A DNA stretch of 64,000 nt. Source: Candidatus Brocadiaceae bacterium. Lineage in GTDB: Bacteria > Planctomycetota > Brocadiia > SM23-32. The translations under genes were made by a program, and so were the position numbers. The notes below the pieces were generated by a model. The model ran no database searches and was not told where the DNA came from. It was given only the letters and a program-made list of their open reading frames with translations. Positions within the stretch are counted from its first letter, which is position 1; each line of letters starts with the position of its first letter. Below are positions 20,672-28,945 of this stretch, one piece after another. The DNA is taken from NCBI GenBank assembly GCA_963805825.1, contig CAWDVO010000020.1, positions 354,792-418,791 of the forward strand, read 5' to 3'.

Positions 20672-22082
20672 TCAAGCATACCCCAACGCGCGCAGTTTCT
20701 CCAGCGCGTGCGGGGCGGGCGGCGGGCGCCGAGCGGGTTGATGCGCAGGCAGTCGTACGCCTCCTGCGAGGAGCGGAACGGCCCCTGGCCGGGCAGGCTG
20801 CCGTGGGCGCGCAGGTCCGCCCGCATGGGGCTGGGGGCGCCCGTCTCGGCTTCGCGACGGGCGATCCAGTCCGCCATGCGCCTCTCCAGCAGGGCGACGA
20901 CGTCCGGCTCGTCGTGCGGCCAGGTTCGTGCGCTCCTCGGGGTCCTCGATCAGGTTGTAGAGTTCGACCTCCGGACCGAAGTGGAAGTCCGGCTCCAGGG
21001 CGTGGATCAGCTTCCACTCGGGCGTGCGCCAGCCGTGCTTGCGCATCCAGGTACACTCGGTGACGTAGAACTCCCGAGCGGGCGCGCGGCGCTCGCCCCG
21101 CAGCGCGGGCAGCAGGCTGCGGCCGTCGAAGCGCAGACCGGCGTCGACGCCCAGCACATCCAGCACCGTCGGCGTCACGTCTTGCAGCAGGCAGGCGTCC
21201 GGCACGCGCAGGCCGGCCGGCACGCGGCCCGGCATCGCGGAGCACAGGGGCACGCGCAGCACGTTGTCGTAGAGGCCGTGGTGGTCGAAGTAGCAGGCGT
21301 GCTCGCTGAAGCGACTCGCCGTGGTCGGCGGCGAGCACGATGAGCGTGTTGGCCGCCAGGCCCGAGCGCGTCCGCCAGCGTCAGCAGACCGCCCATGCAG
21401 GCGTCCATGTAGGCCACCGCGCCGTCGTACTGGGCAATGACGTAGTCGTTCGTCCGTGATCCCCGGCGGCATCCAGCCCGTGAAGTAGTCGCGGAACGGC
21501 TCGAACGCCAGCACCGGCTTCATGCTCTTGTGCGCCGGGTCGCACTCGTCCCCGGCGTAGAACATGCGGTCGAACGGCGGCGGGGGCAGGTAGGGGGAGT
21601 GCGCGTCCATGTAGCGGAGCATCAGGAAGAACGGCCGGTCGCCGTCGGCCAGGCGGCGCAGCTCGGGCAGGGCGAGCTCCGCCAGGCGTTCCGCCTTGCG
21701 CAGCGGCCGGTCCTCCCAGTCGCCCCAGCTCATGTAGTCGCGGCAGGTCTCGAACCCCTGCGCCACCGGCGGCGCGCTGAAGCCGATGCACGAGGTGGCG
21801 TAGCCCTCGGCGGAGAGCACCTGCGCAAGCGTGGGCGCGCCGACATCGCACGCGTCCCGCAGCGAGACGATGCCCGTGCCGAAGCAGTCCCGCCCGGTCA
21901 GCAAGCTGGTGAACGCGGGCGTGGTCGGGATGTGGGGGCTGAAGGCGTTCTCGAAGACGGCGCCGCCGCGTGCGAAGCGGTCGATGTGCGGCGTCGTACA
22001 GGCGGCCATAGCCGTGCAGGCCCGTGTGGTCGGCCCGCAGGCTGTCCATGACGATCATCAAGACGTTGGGGCGAGTGGGCAT
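20672..22082 (-). pseudogene. sulfatase-fold protein B (tandem paralog of A) with Thr at the nucleophile position; many frameshifts
   Basis: MPTRPNVLMIVMDSLRADHTGLHGYG (ORF 21381..22082) is followed by TPHIDRFARGGAVFENAFSPHIPTTPAFTSLLTGR...FFLMLRYMDAHSPYLPPPPFDRMFYA (ORF 20672..22009). Later pieces are AYMDACMGGLL (21175..21417) and ECTWMRKHGWRTPEWKLIHALEPDFHFGPEVELYNLIEDPEERTNLA, ending ...HALEKLRALGYA*. Confidence 0.65.
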
Positions 22083-22096
22083 CGGAGGGGGGTCGG

Positions 22097-23140
22097 TTAG
22101 CGGAACTCGATACGGCGGCCCTGCTCGGCGGATTCGTAGCAGGCCAGGATGATGCGGAGGACGTCGCGGCCCTCTTCAGCGGTGGCGATGGGCGGACGGC
22201 GGCCGTGGAGGAAATCGGCCAGCGGGGCGGCCAGGCCGGCGATCCGGTCGCCCTGGGCGCGCACGTCCGGCAGGTCGCTGACCGTCCAGCGGCCGTCTTC
22301 CTCCAGGAACCACTTGAGCTGGATGCCGCCCGGCGGGCGCGGCACGTTGGTCGACGGGGCGTCGCCGTAGTTGCCGATGATGACGCCCCTCTCGCAGACG
22401 ATCTCGGCCGTGTTCTCGCCGGCCGGTGCGACGAAGGTGGACGACACCTCGCCGAACGCACCGTCCGCGAACCGCATCAGCACGATGGCGTTGTCGTTCA
22501 CGACGGCCGGATCGTGGAGCGTGCCCAGCTCGGCCGACACGCTCACCGGCATGCCGAGCAGCCAGTAAACGAAGTCGACCGCGTGGGCGGCGTCGTCGGC
22601 GAAGATGTCGCGGTTCAGCGCCGGCTGCACGTGCCAGGTCTGCGCGAAGCCCGGCCACTGGTGCGTCGAGAGGCAGTGGCGGCGACGGACCATGTAGACG
22701 CGGCCGAACCGACCGCCCTCGATCAGCGCCCGCATCTGCAGGTTGTGCGGATCGACCCGCATCTGCCAGGCCATGGTGAACGGGACGCCGGCGGCACGCA
22801 CGGCCTCGACGATGCGGTCCGCCTCTTCCATCGTCAGGGCGATGGGCTTCTGGAGGATGACGGCCTTGCCGGCGCGGCAGGCCGCCTCCACCATGTCCGC
22901 GTGCAGGGAGGTCTCGGCACCGATGACGACGGCGTCGATGTCGTCGCGGGCGGTCAGCTCATTGGGAGTGGCCGCCCGTTCAACGCCGAACTTCGCGCAC
23001 GAGTCGGCCGCCCGGGCCCCGTCGTGGTCCCATCCGGCGACCACGCGCACGCCCAGCTCCGGCTGCGCACGCCAGCGGCTGCAGTACGCGCCCACGTGGC
23101 CGTGGGCGAAGCCCAGTATGCCGACCCGCACGGGCTGCAT
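22097..23140 (-). CDS. Gfo/Idh/MocA family oxidoreductase
   Basis: Intact 347-aa ORF. It has the N-terminal Rossmann VRVGILGFAHGHV and the motif LQKPIALTMEEADRIV. Its stop lies 14 nt upstream of the next gene's start. Confidence 0.85.
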   Translation of the reverse strand: MQPVRVGILGFAHGHVGAYCSRWRAQPELGVRVVAGWDHDGARAADSCAKFGVERAATPNELTARDDIDAVVIGAETSLHADMVEAACRAGKAVILQKPIALTMEEADRIVEAVRAAGVPFTMAWQMRVDPHNLQMRALIEGGRFGRVYMVRRRHCLSTHQWPGFAQTWHVQPALNRDIFADDAAHAVDFVYWLLGMPVSVSAELGTLHDPAVVNDNAIVLMRFADGAFGEVSSTFVAPAGENTAEIVCERGVIIGNYGDAPSTNVPRPPGGIQLKWFLEEDGRWTVSDLPDVRAQGDRIAGLAAPLADFLHGRRPPIATAEEGRDVLRIILACYESAEQGRRIEFR

Positions 23141-23313
23141 GAGTGCGCTCCTCGTCCACTATCCCCAAAGGCCATGCGTGGGCTGAAAGCCCACGCCCCG
23201 TAGCGCCGCCAACCCTGGCGGCGTGCCGGAGGCATCCTGCCTCCGGTTGCCCTCTACACGCTGTCACCGCACCGAGAGAGCGTAGGCTGGAAGCCGGCGC
23301 TACGCAAGGCCCC

Positions 23314-24114
23314 TCAGCGCGCGCCGAGCGCCTTCAGGCAGGCGTTCATGTAGCCGTAGCTCTCGGCTGCGACGATGGCCTGGTAGGACAGCTCGTAGTC
23401 CTTCGCGCCGATGACCTCCAGGCAGACGGGGCCGTCGTAGCCGCCGTCGACCATGGTCTTGAAGTAGGCCGCCAGGTCGATGTCGCCGCGCCCGCAGGCC
23501 TGGTCCTTCGGCTCGCCCGGGCCGGGGCCGGCGCCCTTGCAGTCGCGGATGTGCACGTGGCGCACCCGCGAGATCACCTTCGAGAGCGCCTCCGCCGGCA
23601 CCTCGCCCGCGCGGTGGATGTGGCTCGGGTCCATGTCGATGCCGAAGGCGCCGGACGTGATCTTCTCCATCGCCCGCAGCGTCGTCGGCGTGTTGTCGAC
23701 GCAGCAGCCGACGTGGGCCTTGATGCAGAGGGTGACGCCGTAGGACGCGGCCACCTCGGCCTGCGCCGTCATCAGGTCGGTCTGGCGAGCGAAGTCCTCC
23801 TCGTTGCTGCTCTTGCCGCCGGGGCCGATGTTGACGACCGGCACGCCGATGGCCTGCGCGGCGGCGAACGCCTTCTTCAGCCGCTCCGGGTCCAGCGCGC
23901 CCTCTTCCATCGAGAGCGCCGCCATGCCGTGGTCGCTGAGGATGGCCTTGATCTCGTTCGCCTGCTGCTCCCACTGGTCGAGCATCAGGTGCTCGCACAT
24001 GCCCTTGAGGGCGGAGAGTTCGACGCCGTCGTAGCCCGCACGGGCGATGTGGCGGACGGCCGTCTTCAGGTCGCTACCGGTGAACAGGACGGTGTTGACG
24101 CCTAACTTGATCAT
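23314..24114 (-). CDS. sugar phosphate isomerase/epimerase (xylose isomerase-like TIM barrel)
   Basis: Intact 266-aa ORF: MIKLGVNTVLF...AGYDGVELS...HVHIRDC...GGYDGPVCLEV, the pattern typical of the AP endonuclease 2/xylose isomerase-like fold. Confidence 0.8.
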   Translation of the reverse strand: MIKLGVNTVLFTGSDLKTAVRHIARAGYDGVELSALKGMCEHLMLDQWEQQANEIKAILSDHGMAALSMEEGALDPERLKKAFAAAQAIGVPVVNIGPGGKSSNEEDFARQTDLMTAQAEVAASYGVTLCIKAHVGCCVDNTPTTLRAMEKITSGAFGIDMDPSHIHRAGEVPAEALSKVISRVRHVHIRDCKGAGPGPGEPKDQACGRGDIDLAAYFKTMVDGGYDGPVCLEVIGAKDYELSYQAIVAAESYGYMNACLKALGAR

Positions 24115-24160
24115 CGTGATTCTGCCTCGTCCGGAGTGAGAATAGGTGGCACCATACCAC

Positions 24161-24270
24161 TGTCATTCGGAGGCCGCCGCAGGGCGGCCGAAGAATCCGG
24201 TCGTCTGGAGATGCGCATACCCCCAACGGAGAGATTCCTCGGCGCTAAGGAAACGCGCCTCGGAATGACA
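24161..24270. repeat. ~110-bp TIR-bounded MITE-like palindromic element, copy 1 (inverted relative to copies 2 and 3)
   Basis: TGTCATTCGGAGGCCGCC...GAGATTCCTCGGCGC..CGCGCCTCGGAATGACA. The outer stem TGTCATTC(C)GAGG/CCTCGGAATGACA and an inner stem GAGGAATC/GATTCCTC are shared with 28812-28924 and 35666-35774. Confidence 0.8.
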
Positions 24271-24296
24271 CGTGTTTGTCCTTGGCTTCGCTGGTC

Positions 24297-25289
24297 TCAG
24301 AGCGTAATCATCTCGCCGGTCTGGGAGGACTTGATCGCCGCTTCGATGACGCGCTGCGCCTTCAGGGCCTCCGCGCCGGACGCCTCGATCTTCGACGGCG
24401 GCACCTTGTCGATGAGTTGCTGCACCCAGTAGCTGATGCGGCTCTTGAAGGTCTCGCCGAAGCTCATCATGCCGCCGATGTAGTCGTAGCGCTCCACCTC
24501 CCGGCTGCGGCGCGGGTAGAAGGTCAGATGCTCGCAGGCGTCGTCCAGCACGAAGCGCCCCTCGGAGCCGGCCACGTCGCAGCACTCCAGCCCGAAGCTG
24601 CCGCCTGCGTCGTAGCTGCCCACCAGGTTGCCGATCATGCCGTTCTTGAACTTCATCCCCACCTGCGCGTTCGACCAGATCTTGCGGTCCTTGCCCTTCA
24701 TCAGGAAGGCGTGGACGGCCTTCACGTCGCCGGCGAAGTAGCGCATCACGTCGATCGAGTGCGGGTGCAGCGCCCGCATGTGGAACCACGGCGAGGACTC
24801 GTTCGGGTTGTTGATCCACATGCGCATGTTGATCATGTGGAGCTGGCCCAGCCGGCCGGCCTCGACCCACTCCTTCGCGCGCAGAGCGGCGGGGGTGAAG
24901 CGGTGGTTCAGGTCGATGGCGTAGGGCACGCGCTTCTTCTTCGCCAGGGCGACCATCTCCTCGGCGTGCTCGATGTTGTTGGAGATGGGCTTCTCGCCCA
25001 GGACGGGCAGCTTCGCGGCGAGCAGCTCCATGGTCGGCTTGTAGTGGTCGCCGCCGTTCTCCACGCCGGCCGTACACATGCTGCAGGCGTCCAGCTCGAT
25101 GCCGCTGTCCAGCATCTCCTGCACGCTGTAGAACGCCTTGGCGTCGTAAGCCGCCGCCGCCTTGTCCGCGCGGTCCTTGAGGATGTCGCAGACGGCGACG
25201 ATCTTCACCTGGTCCTTGAGGCCCTGGTAGACGCGGGCATGCGTGTTGCCGATGCCGCCCAAGCCGACGATCCCGATCCTGAGGGTCAT
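24297..25289 (-). CDS. Gfo/Idh/MocA family oxidoreductase
   Basis: ATG 25289 gives MTLRIGIVGLGGIGNTHARVYQ; the track ORF 24297..25442 extends further upstream without support. The motif GEKPISNNIEHAEEMV is present. The reading frame is intact, and this gene is a paralog of 18200..19203. Confidence 0.85.
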   Translation of the reverse strand: MTLRIGIVGLGGIGNTHARVYQGLKDQVKIVAVCDILKDRADKAAAAYDAKAFYSVQEMLDSGIELDACSMCTAGVENGGDHYKPTMELLAAKLPVLGEKPISNNIEHAEEMVALAKKKRVPYAIDLNHRFTPAALRAKEWVEAGRLGQLHMINMRMWINNPNESSPWFHMRALHPHSIDVMRYFAGDVKAVHAFLMKGKDRKIWSNAQVGMKFKNGMIGNLVGSYDAGGSFGLECCDVAGSEGRFVLDDACEHLTFYPRRSREVERYDYIGGMMSFGETFKSRISYWVQQLIDKVPPSKIEASGAEALKAQRVIEAAIKSSQTGEMITL

Positions 25290-25826
25290 GCATCTTCTCC
25301 GCAAGGGTTTGCCACCGTTAGCCGAACGGCTCTTCGCTGTTCGCCGAATCCGCGTAAGGATAGCGCGCCCGGAGGCGGTTGTCACCTGGAAACGGTCGAA
25401 CCTCCCCGCGGCGCGGCCTTCCAGGCCGCATTGCCGGGGCATCCTGCCCGTACGTGTGGGGCCGGCCGCTTCCCGTAGGGCAAGGAGGCCGTAGTCCCGG
25501 AGGGACGATTGAAGGGCGGGTCCATCGAGGCCTGGAGAGATGCGTACCCCTCAGCCGTGCCTCCGGCACTCGATAGATAGGGGACCGCTCTCATACCCAG
25601 CGCTGAAGCGCTGGGCTACTCTCAAGTCTCCCTCCGGGAGACGCTCTGGGTCGCTTCCGATTCCTGGCTGGCCAGGAAGAGTGCTCCTGCCCGGGTCAAC
25701 CGCGGCAGAGCATCGTCGTTGGAGCCCGACGCAGCGGACCGGCGCTGCAGCCGGCCGAAGTCAGCGGCAGGGCGTTACAGGCCTTTAGTGCCACTTCGCA
25801 ATGTCCACATCTGGCCTCGTTTCCTT

Positions 25827-26093
25827 CCCGCCGGAGGCGGGTGAGGACATAGCCTGGGGTGCCGGGCGGCTCGTCCGCCGTACGGCGGACGGGACGGACA
25901 AACCCCAGGTAACCAGGCGACAACGCGACGCGCCCTGTAGGGGCGCGACCCCGCGGCGGGCCTCTGAAGCTTTGGTGAGGGGGTTGCGCCCCTACAGGGC
26001 GCAGGAGAACCTGAACCATGACCTGGCGGTTGGCCGTCCGCCATGCGGCGGACGCCCCGCACCCCAGGCTACATCCTTCCGCTGCTCCGCAGC
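25827..26093. repeat. ~260-bp composite palindromic intergenic repeat, copy B
   Basis: In order: CCCGCCGGAGGCGGG hairpin, ATAGCCTGGGGTGCC, GGGACGGACAAACCCCAGGTAACC, GCGCCCTGTAGGGGCGCGAC ... TTGCGCCCCTACAGGGCGC, CACCCCAGGCTACATCC, and the GCTGCTCCGCAGC hairpin. The module order matches copy C. Confidence 0.8.
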
Positions 26094-26238
26094 TTTAAGC
26101 GTATAGGCCGGACGTGCCGCGCGCCCGCCGGAGAACATGACAGAGCAGCCTCGGGCAAGGCAGGCGGCGCTGGAAGCACCGCCACTGCGGGCAGGCCCAT
26201 CCTGAGCGCAGCCGAAGGGATGCCCGCGCCACTGCTGC

Positions 26239-26267
26239 TTGAAAACGCCCCCGCCCGGCGCTCTAAT
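26239..26267 (+). promoter_or_regulatory. sigma70-like promoter candidate TTGAAA-N17-TCTAAT
   Basis: TTGAAA is at 26239-26244 and TCTAAT at 26262-26267, 28 nt upstream of ATG 26296. The RBS is GGGGAGATAGGAG. Confidence 0.5.
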
Positions 26268-26295
26268 GCCGGCCTTCGATAGGGGAGATAGGAGC

Positions 26296-27300
26296 ATGAC
26301 GAAAGGCCAGGTGGTCCGGGAGGCGATGGCGTTCCGCCGGCCGCCCTACGTGCCGTGGAGCATCGGCTTTACCTCCGGCGCCAGGAAGCGGATGGAGGAG
26401 CATCTCGGCGGGCGAACTATCGAGGACCTCTGCGACCGCCACGTCTTCATGTGTCCCGGCGCCTCCGTCCCGCCGCGCGGGGACGGCAGGGACCGCTTCG
26501 GCACGAAGCACATCAAGGCCGAGGGCCAGGACATGGGTCCGCCCTCTGACGTGCCGATCAAGCGGCCGGAGGACCTGGCCACCTACGAGTGGCCGGAGCC
26601 GGTCCGGCCGGAGTGGTGCGCCGGGCCGAATCAGTGGTTCGCGGACTTCGCCGACCGCTACCGCCTGATGATGAGCGGCGTCTCCCTCTTCGAACGCGCC
26701 TGGGGGCTGCGCGGTATGGAGGACCTGCTGGCCGACGTCGCCGGGCGGCCCGAGTTCGTCGCGGAACTGCTCGACGCCATCACGGAACACCACCTCGCGG
26801 ACCTGGCGACGGTCCTGCGCGAGGTGCCGTCCGACGCCGTCTGGTTCGGCGACGACTTCGGCATGCAGAGCGGCGTGACCATGGGCGCCCCGCACTGGCG
26901 CCGCCTCATCAAGCCCCGCCTGGCGCGGCTCTACGCGCTGGTGCGCAACGAGGGCCGGCTGGTCTTCATCCACTCCTGCGGCAAAGTGGACGAGATACTC
27001 GACGACCTCATCGATATCGGCGTCAACATCTTCAACCCGTTCCAGCCCGAGGTCATGGACGTGTTCGAAGTCTTCGAGCGCTGCCGAGGCCGGCTCGCGT
27101 TCGCCGGCGGGCTCGGCATCCAGAGCGTGCTGCCGCACGGCACGCCGGAGGAGGTGCGCGAGGCGACGCAGCGGCTGATCGACCTGGGCCGCGACGGCGG
27201 CCTCATCATCGAGCCGTCGCACGCGATCACGCCCGACGTGCCGCCCGAGAACGTGGTCGCCATGGTGGAGGTCCTGAAGGCGCAGCCGGGCTACGCCTGA
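26296..27300 (+). CDS. uroporphyrinogen decarboxylase (URO-D) family protein (MtaA/CmuA-like fold)
   Basis: ATG 26296 gives MTKGQVVREAM... The URO-D-type C-terminal pattern is present: FIHSCGKVDEILDDLIDIGVNIFNPFQPEVMD...FAGGLGIQSVLPHGTPEEVREA...GGLIIEPSHAITPDVPPENVVAM. Confidence 0.75.
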   Translation: MTKGQVVREAMAFRRPPYVPWSIGFTSGARKRMEEHLGGRTIEDLCDRHVFMCPGASVPPRGDGRDRFGTKHIKAEGQDMGPPSDVPIKRPEDLATYEWPEPVRPEWCAGPNQWFADFADRYRLMMSGVSLFERAWGLRGMEDLLADVAGRPEFVAELLDAITEHHLADLATVLREVPSDAVWFGDDFGMQSGVTMGAPHWRRLIKPRLARLYALVRNEGRLVFIHSCGKVDEILDDLIDIGVNIFNPFQPEVMDVFEVFERCRGRLAFAGGLGIQSVLPHGTPEEVREATQRLIDLGRDGGLIIEPSHAITPDVPPENVVAMVEVLKAQPGYA

Positions 27301-27314
27301 GACGCCGTGCCGCC

Positions 27315-28767
27315 TCACTTCTCCGGCACGGTCGGGCATTCCCACTCGGCCAGCGGCACGTACTCGCTCTCCTGCGGGATGAAGCCGACGCCGAAGGGGG
27401 CGTCGATCAGGCTGCCGATCTGCACCACCCCGCCGACGATGTGCAGCGCCGCGTAGCCGTCCGCTCGCGGTGGTAGAGGTCGCCGTGGTGGGACAGGATG
27501 TCCTCCTGCAGGGCGTCGCTGAACATCGAGAGGCCCTTGAAGTAGTGGTGGCCGTTGCGCTCGACGTGGCCGATGCCCAGCACGCCCATCAGCGTCAGGT
27601 CCTGCAGCAGCGCCACCGGGCCGATGTTGACCAGGTCCTCGCCGCTCATGAAGCAGCGCTCGCGCCCGCGCGCTTGTTGGCGTCGTGGATGTAGACGGCG
27701 TTGACGATGCCCTTGAAGACGCCCTTGCAGTTCTTGTGGCTGGTGCCGGCGTAGCCGTGCGAGAGCGCGGTCGGCAGGTCCTCCAGCGCGCCGTCGGACT
27801 CGTCGATGATCATCGGCGGCGCGTCCTTCCAGGAGCGCAGGTCCTCGCCGAGCTGGTCGGAGAGCGCGATCTTGCGGGTGAACGGCTGCTCGATGAAGAT
27901 CAGGCGTTCGAAGAACGCGCTCAGCGCCGCGTCGCTGCGGATGCGGTCCCAGAAGGTGCGGAAGGTCTCGACGTCGAAGAACTGCTCGTTGCCGTCGAGC
28001 GTGAAGCGGAAGTCCGTCAGCCCGCGCGAGCGGAACAGGTCGGCGATGCTCCGCAGCCGCGCCACGTCGACGTCCACGTCGCCGCGCACCTTGATCTTGA
28101 AGTAGGTCAGCCCGTAGGCGTCGATGTCCTCGGCCAGGCTCTCCGGAAGTCCGTCGCCGATCGGCTCCTCGACCTGGTCCGGCAGGATGGCGTCGGATAG
28201 GCCGACGGTGTGGCGGGCGTGGATGGTGCGCAGCGGCTCGCGCCGGAAGACCTCCAGCGCGGTGGCGCGGTCGATGTGCGGGTGGATCGAGGCCACGTCG
28301 ATGCCGAAGCGGTCCTCGGCCAGCGCCTGGTGGAAGGGCACGCCCCAGGCGCGGCAGAGGGCGTCGATGACGGCGCGCTCGACCATCGTCACGCCGAAGT
28401 GCCAGATCAGCGGCGCCAGCCCCTCGCCGGCCGCCCACGCGCCCTGCGCGTCGTAGAGGTCCTTCCAGAACCCGAACGCACTGTCGAACGGCCCGGCCGC
28501 CAGCGCCAGCTCGCCGGCGTGGACGATCACCTTGTGCATGTTCTCCAGGTCCTGCTGGCCCGTCGTCTCCGGGTTCTTCTCGAACCACTTCGGCAGCAGG
28601 CCCTCGGCGCTGACGCCCTCGGTCAGGCTGCCGTCGGACGTGTCCTCCAGCGTGGCCTTCAGGAAGACGTGCGGCAGCGCCTCCAGCTTGGCGATGCCGT
28701 AGCGGAAGGGCATGCGGGTGCGCATGGGCACGGTGGAAACGCCGATCGAACGCAGCTTGTAGCTCAT
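27315..28767 (-). pseudogene. enolase-superfamily (mandelate racemase/muconate lactonizing-like) protein, two frameshifts (~27650 and ~27460)
   Basis: ATG 28767 has AGAGGAG 6 nt upstream. Metal and base motifs are present: YFKIKVRG, TLDGNEQF, FIEQPF, MIIDESD. The C-terminus continues in ORF 27407..28588 (...FMSGEDLVNIGPVALLQDL...HHGDLYHRE), then in a third frame ending ...VPLAEWECPTVPEK* at 27315. Confidence 0.6.
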
Positions 28768-28811
28768 CACGGACTCCTCTTTCCTGTCGGCAGCAGACGG
28801 ATCAGTTTCAC

Positions 28812-28924
28812 TGTCATTCCGAGGCGCTCTTCCTTGGCGCCGAGGAATCTCCGTCGGAACGATCGTCGACGGTCTCCGGCATCGAGATTCCTCGGCGCGG
28901 CCCGGCGGCGGCCTCGGAATGACA
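28812..28924. repeat. ~110-bp TIR-bounded MITE-like palindromic element, copy 2
   Basis: The element reads TGTCATTCCGAGGCGCTCTTCCTTGGCGCCGAGGAATCTC [central CCGTCG..CGACGG hairpin] GAGATTCCTCGGCGCGGCCCGGCGGCGGCCTCGGAATGACA. It lies between the stop of 28946..31182 and the start of 27315..28767, both on the same strand. Confidence 0.85.
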
Positions 28925-28945
28925 CGGTTATGCGTAGCTCACATC

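Noticed and set aside
25300-25826. Checked for RNase P RNA, tmRNA, SRP RNA, a cobalamin riboswitch or a tRNA in the long spacer
   Set aside because: I could not find their conserved boxes: GGAAAGTCCGG/ACAGAACCCGGCTTA, a tRNA-like 3' end with GGTTCGA T-loop, or the GCCACTG B12 box. The region is kept only as an unexplained low-interest finding.
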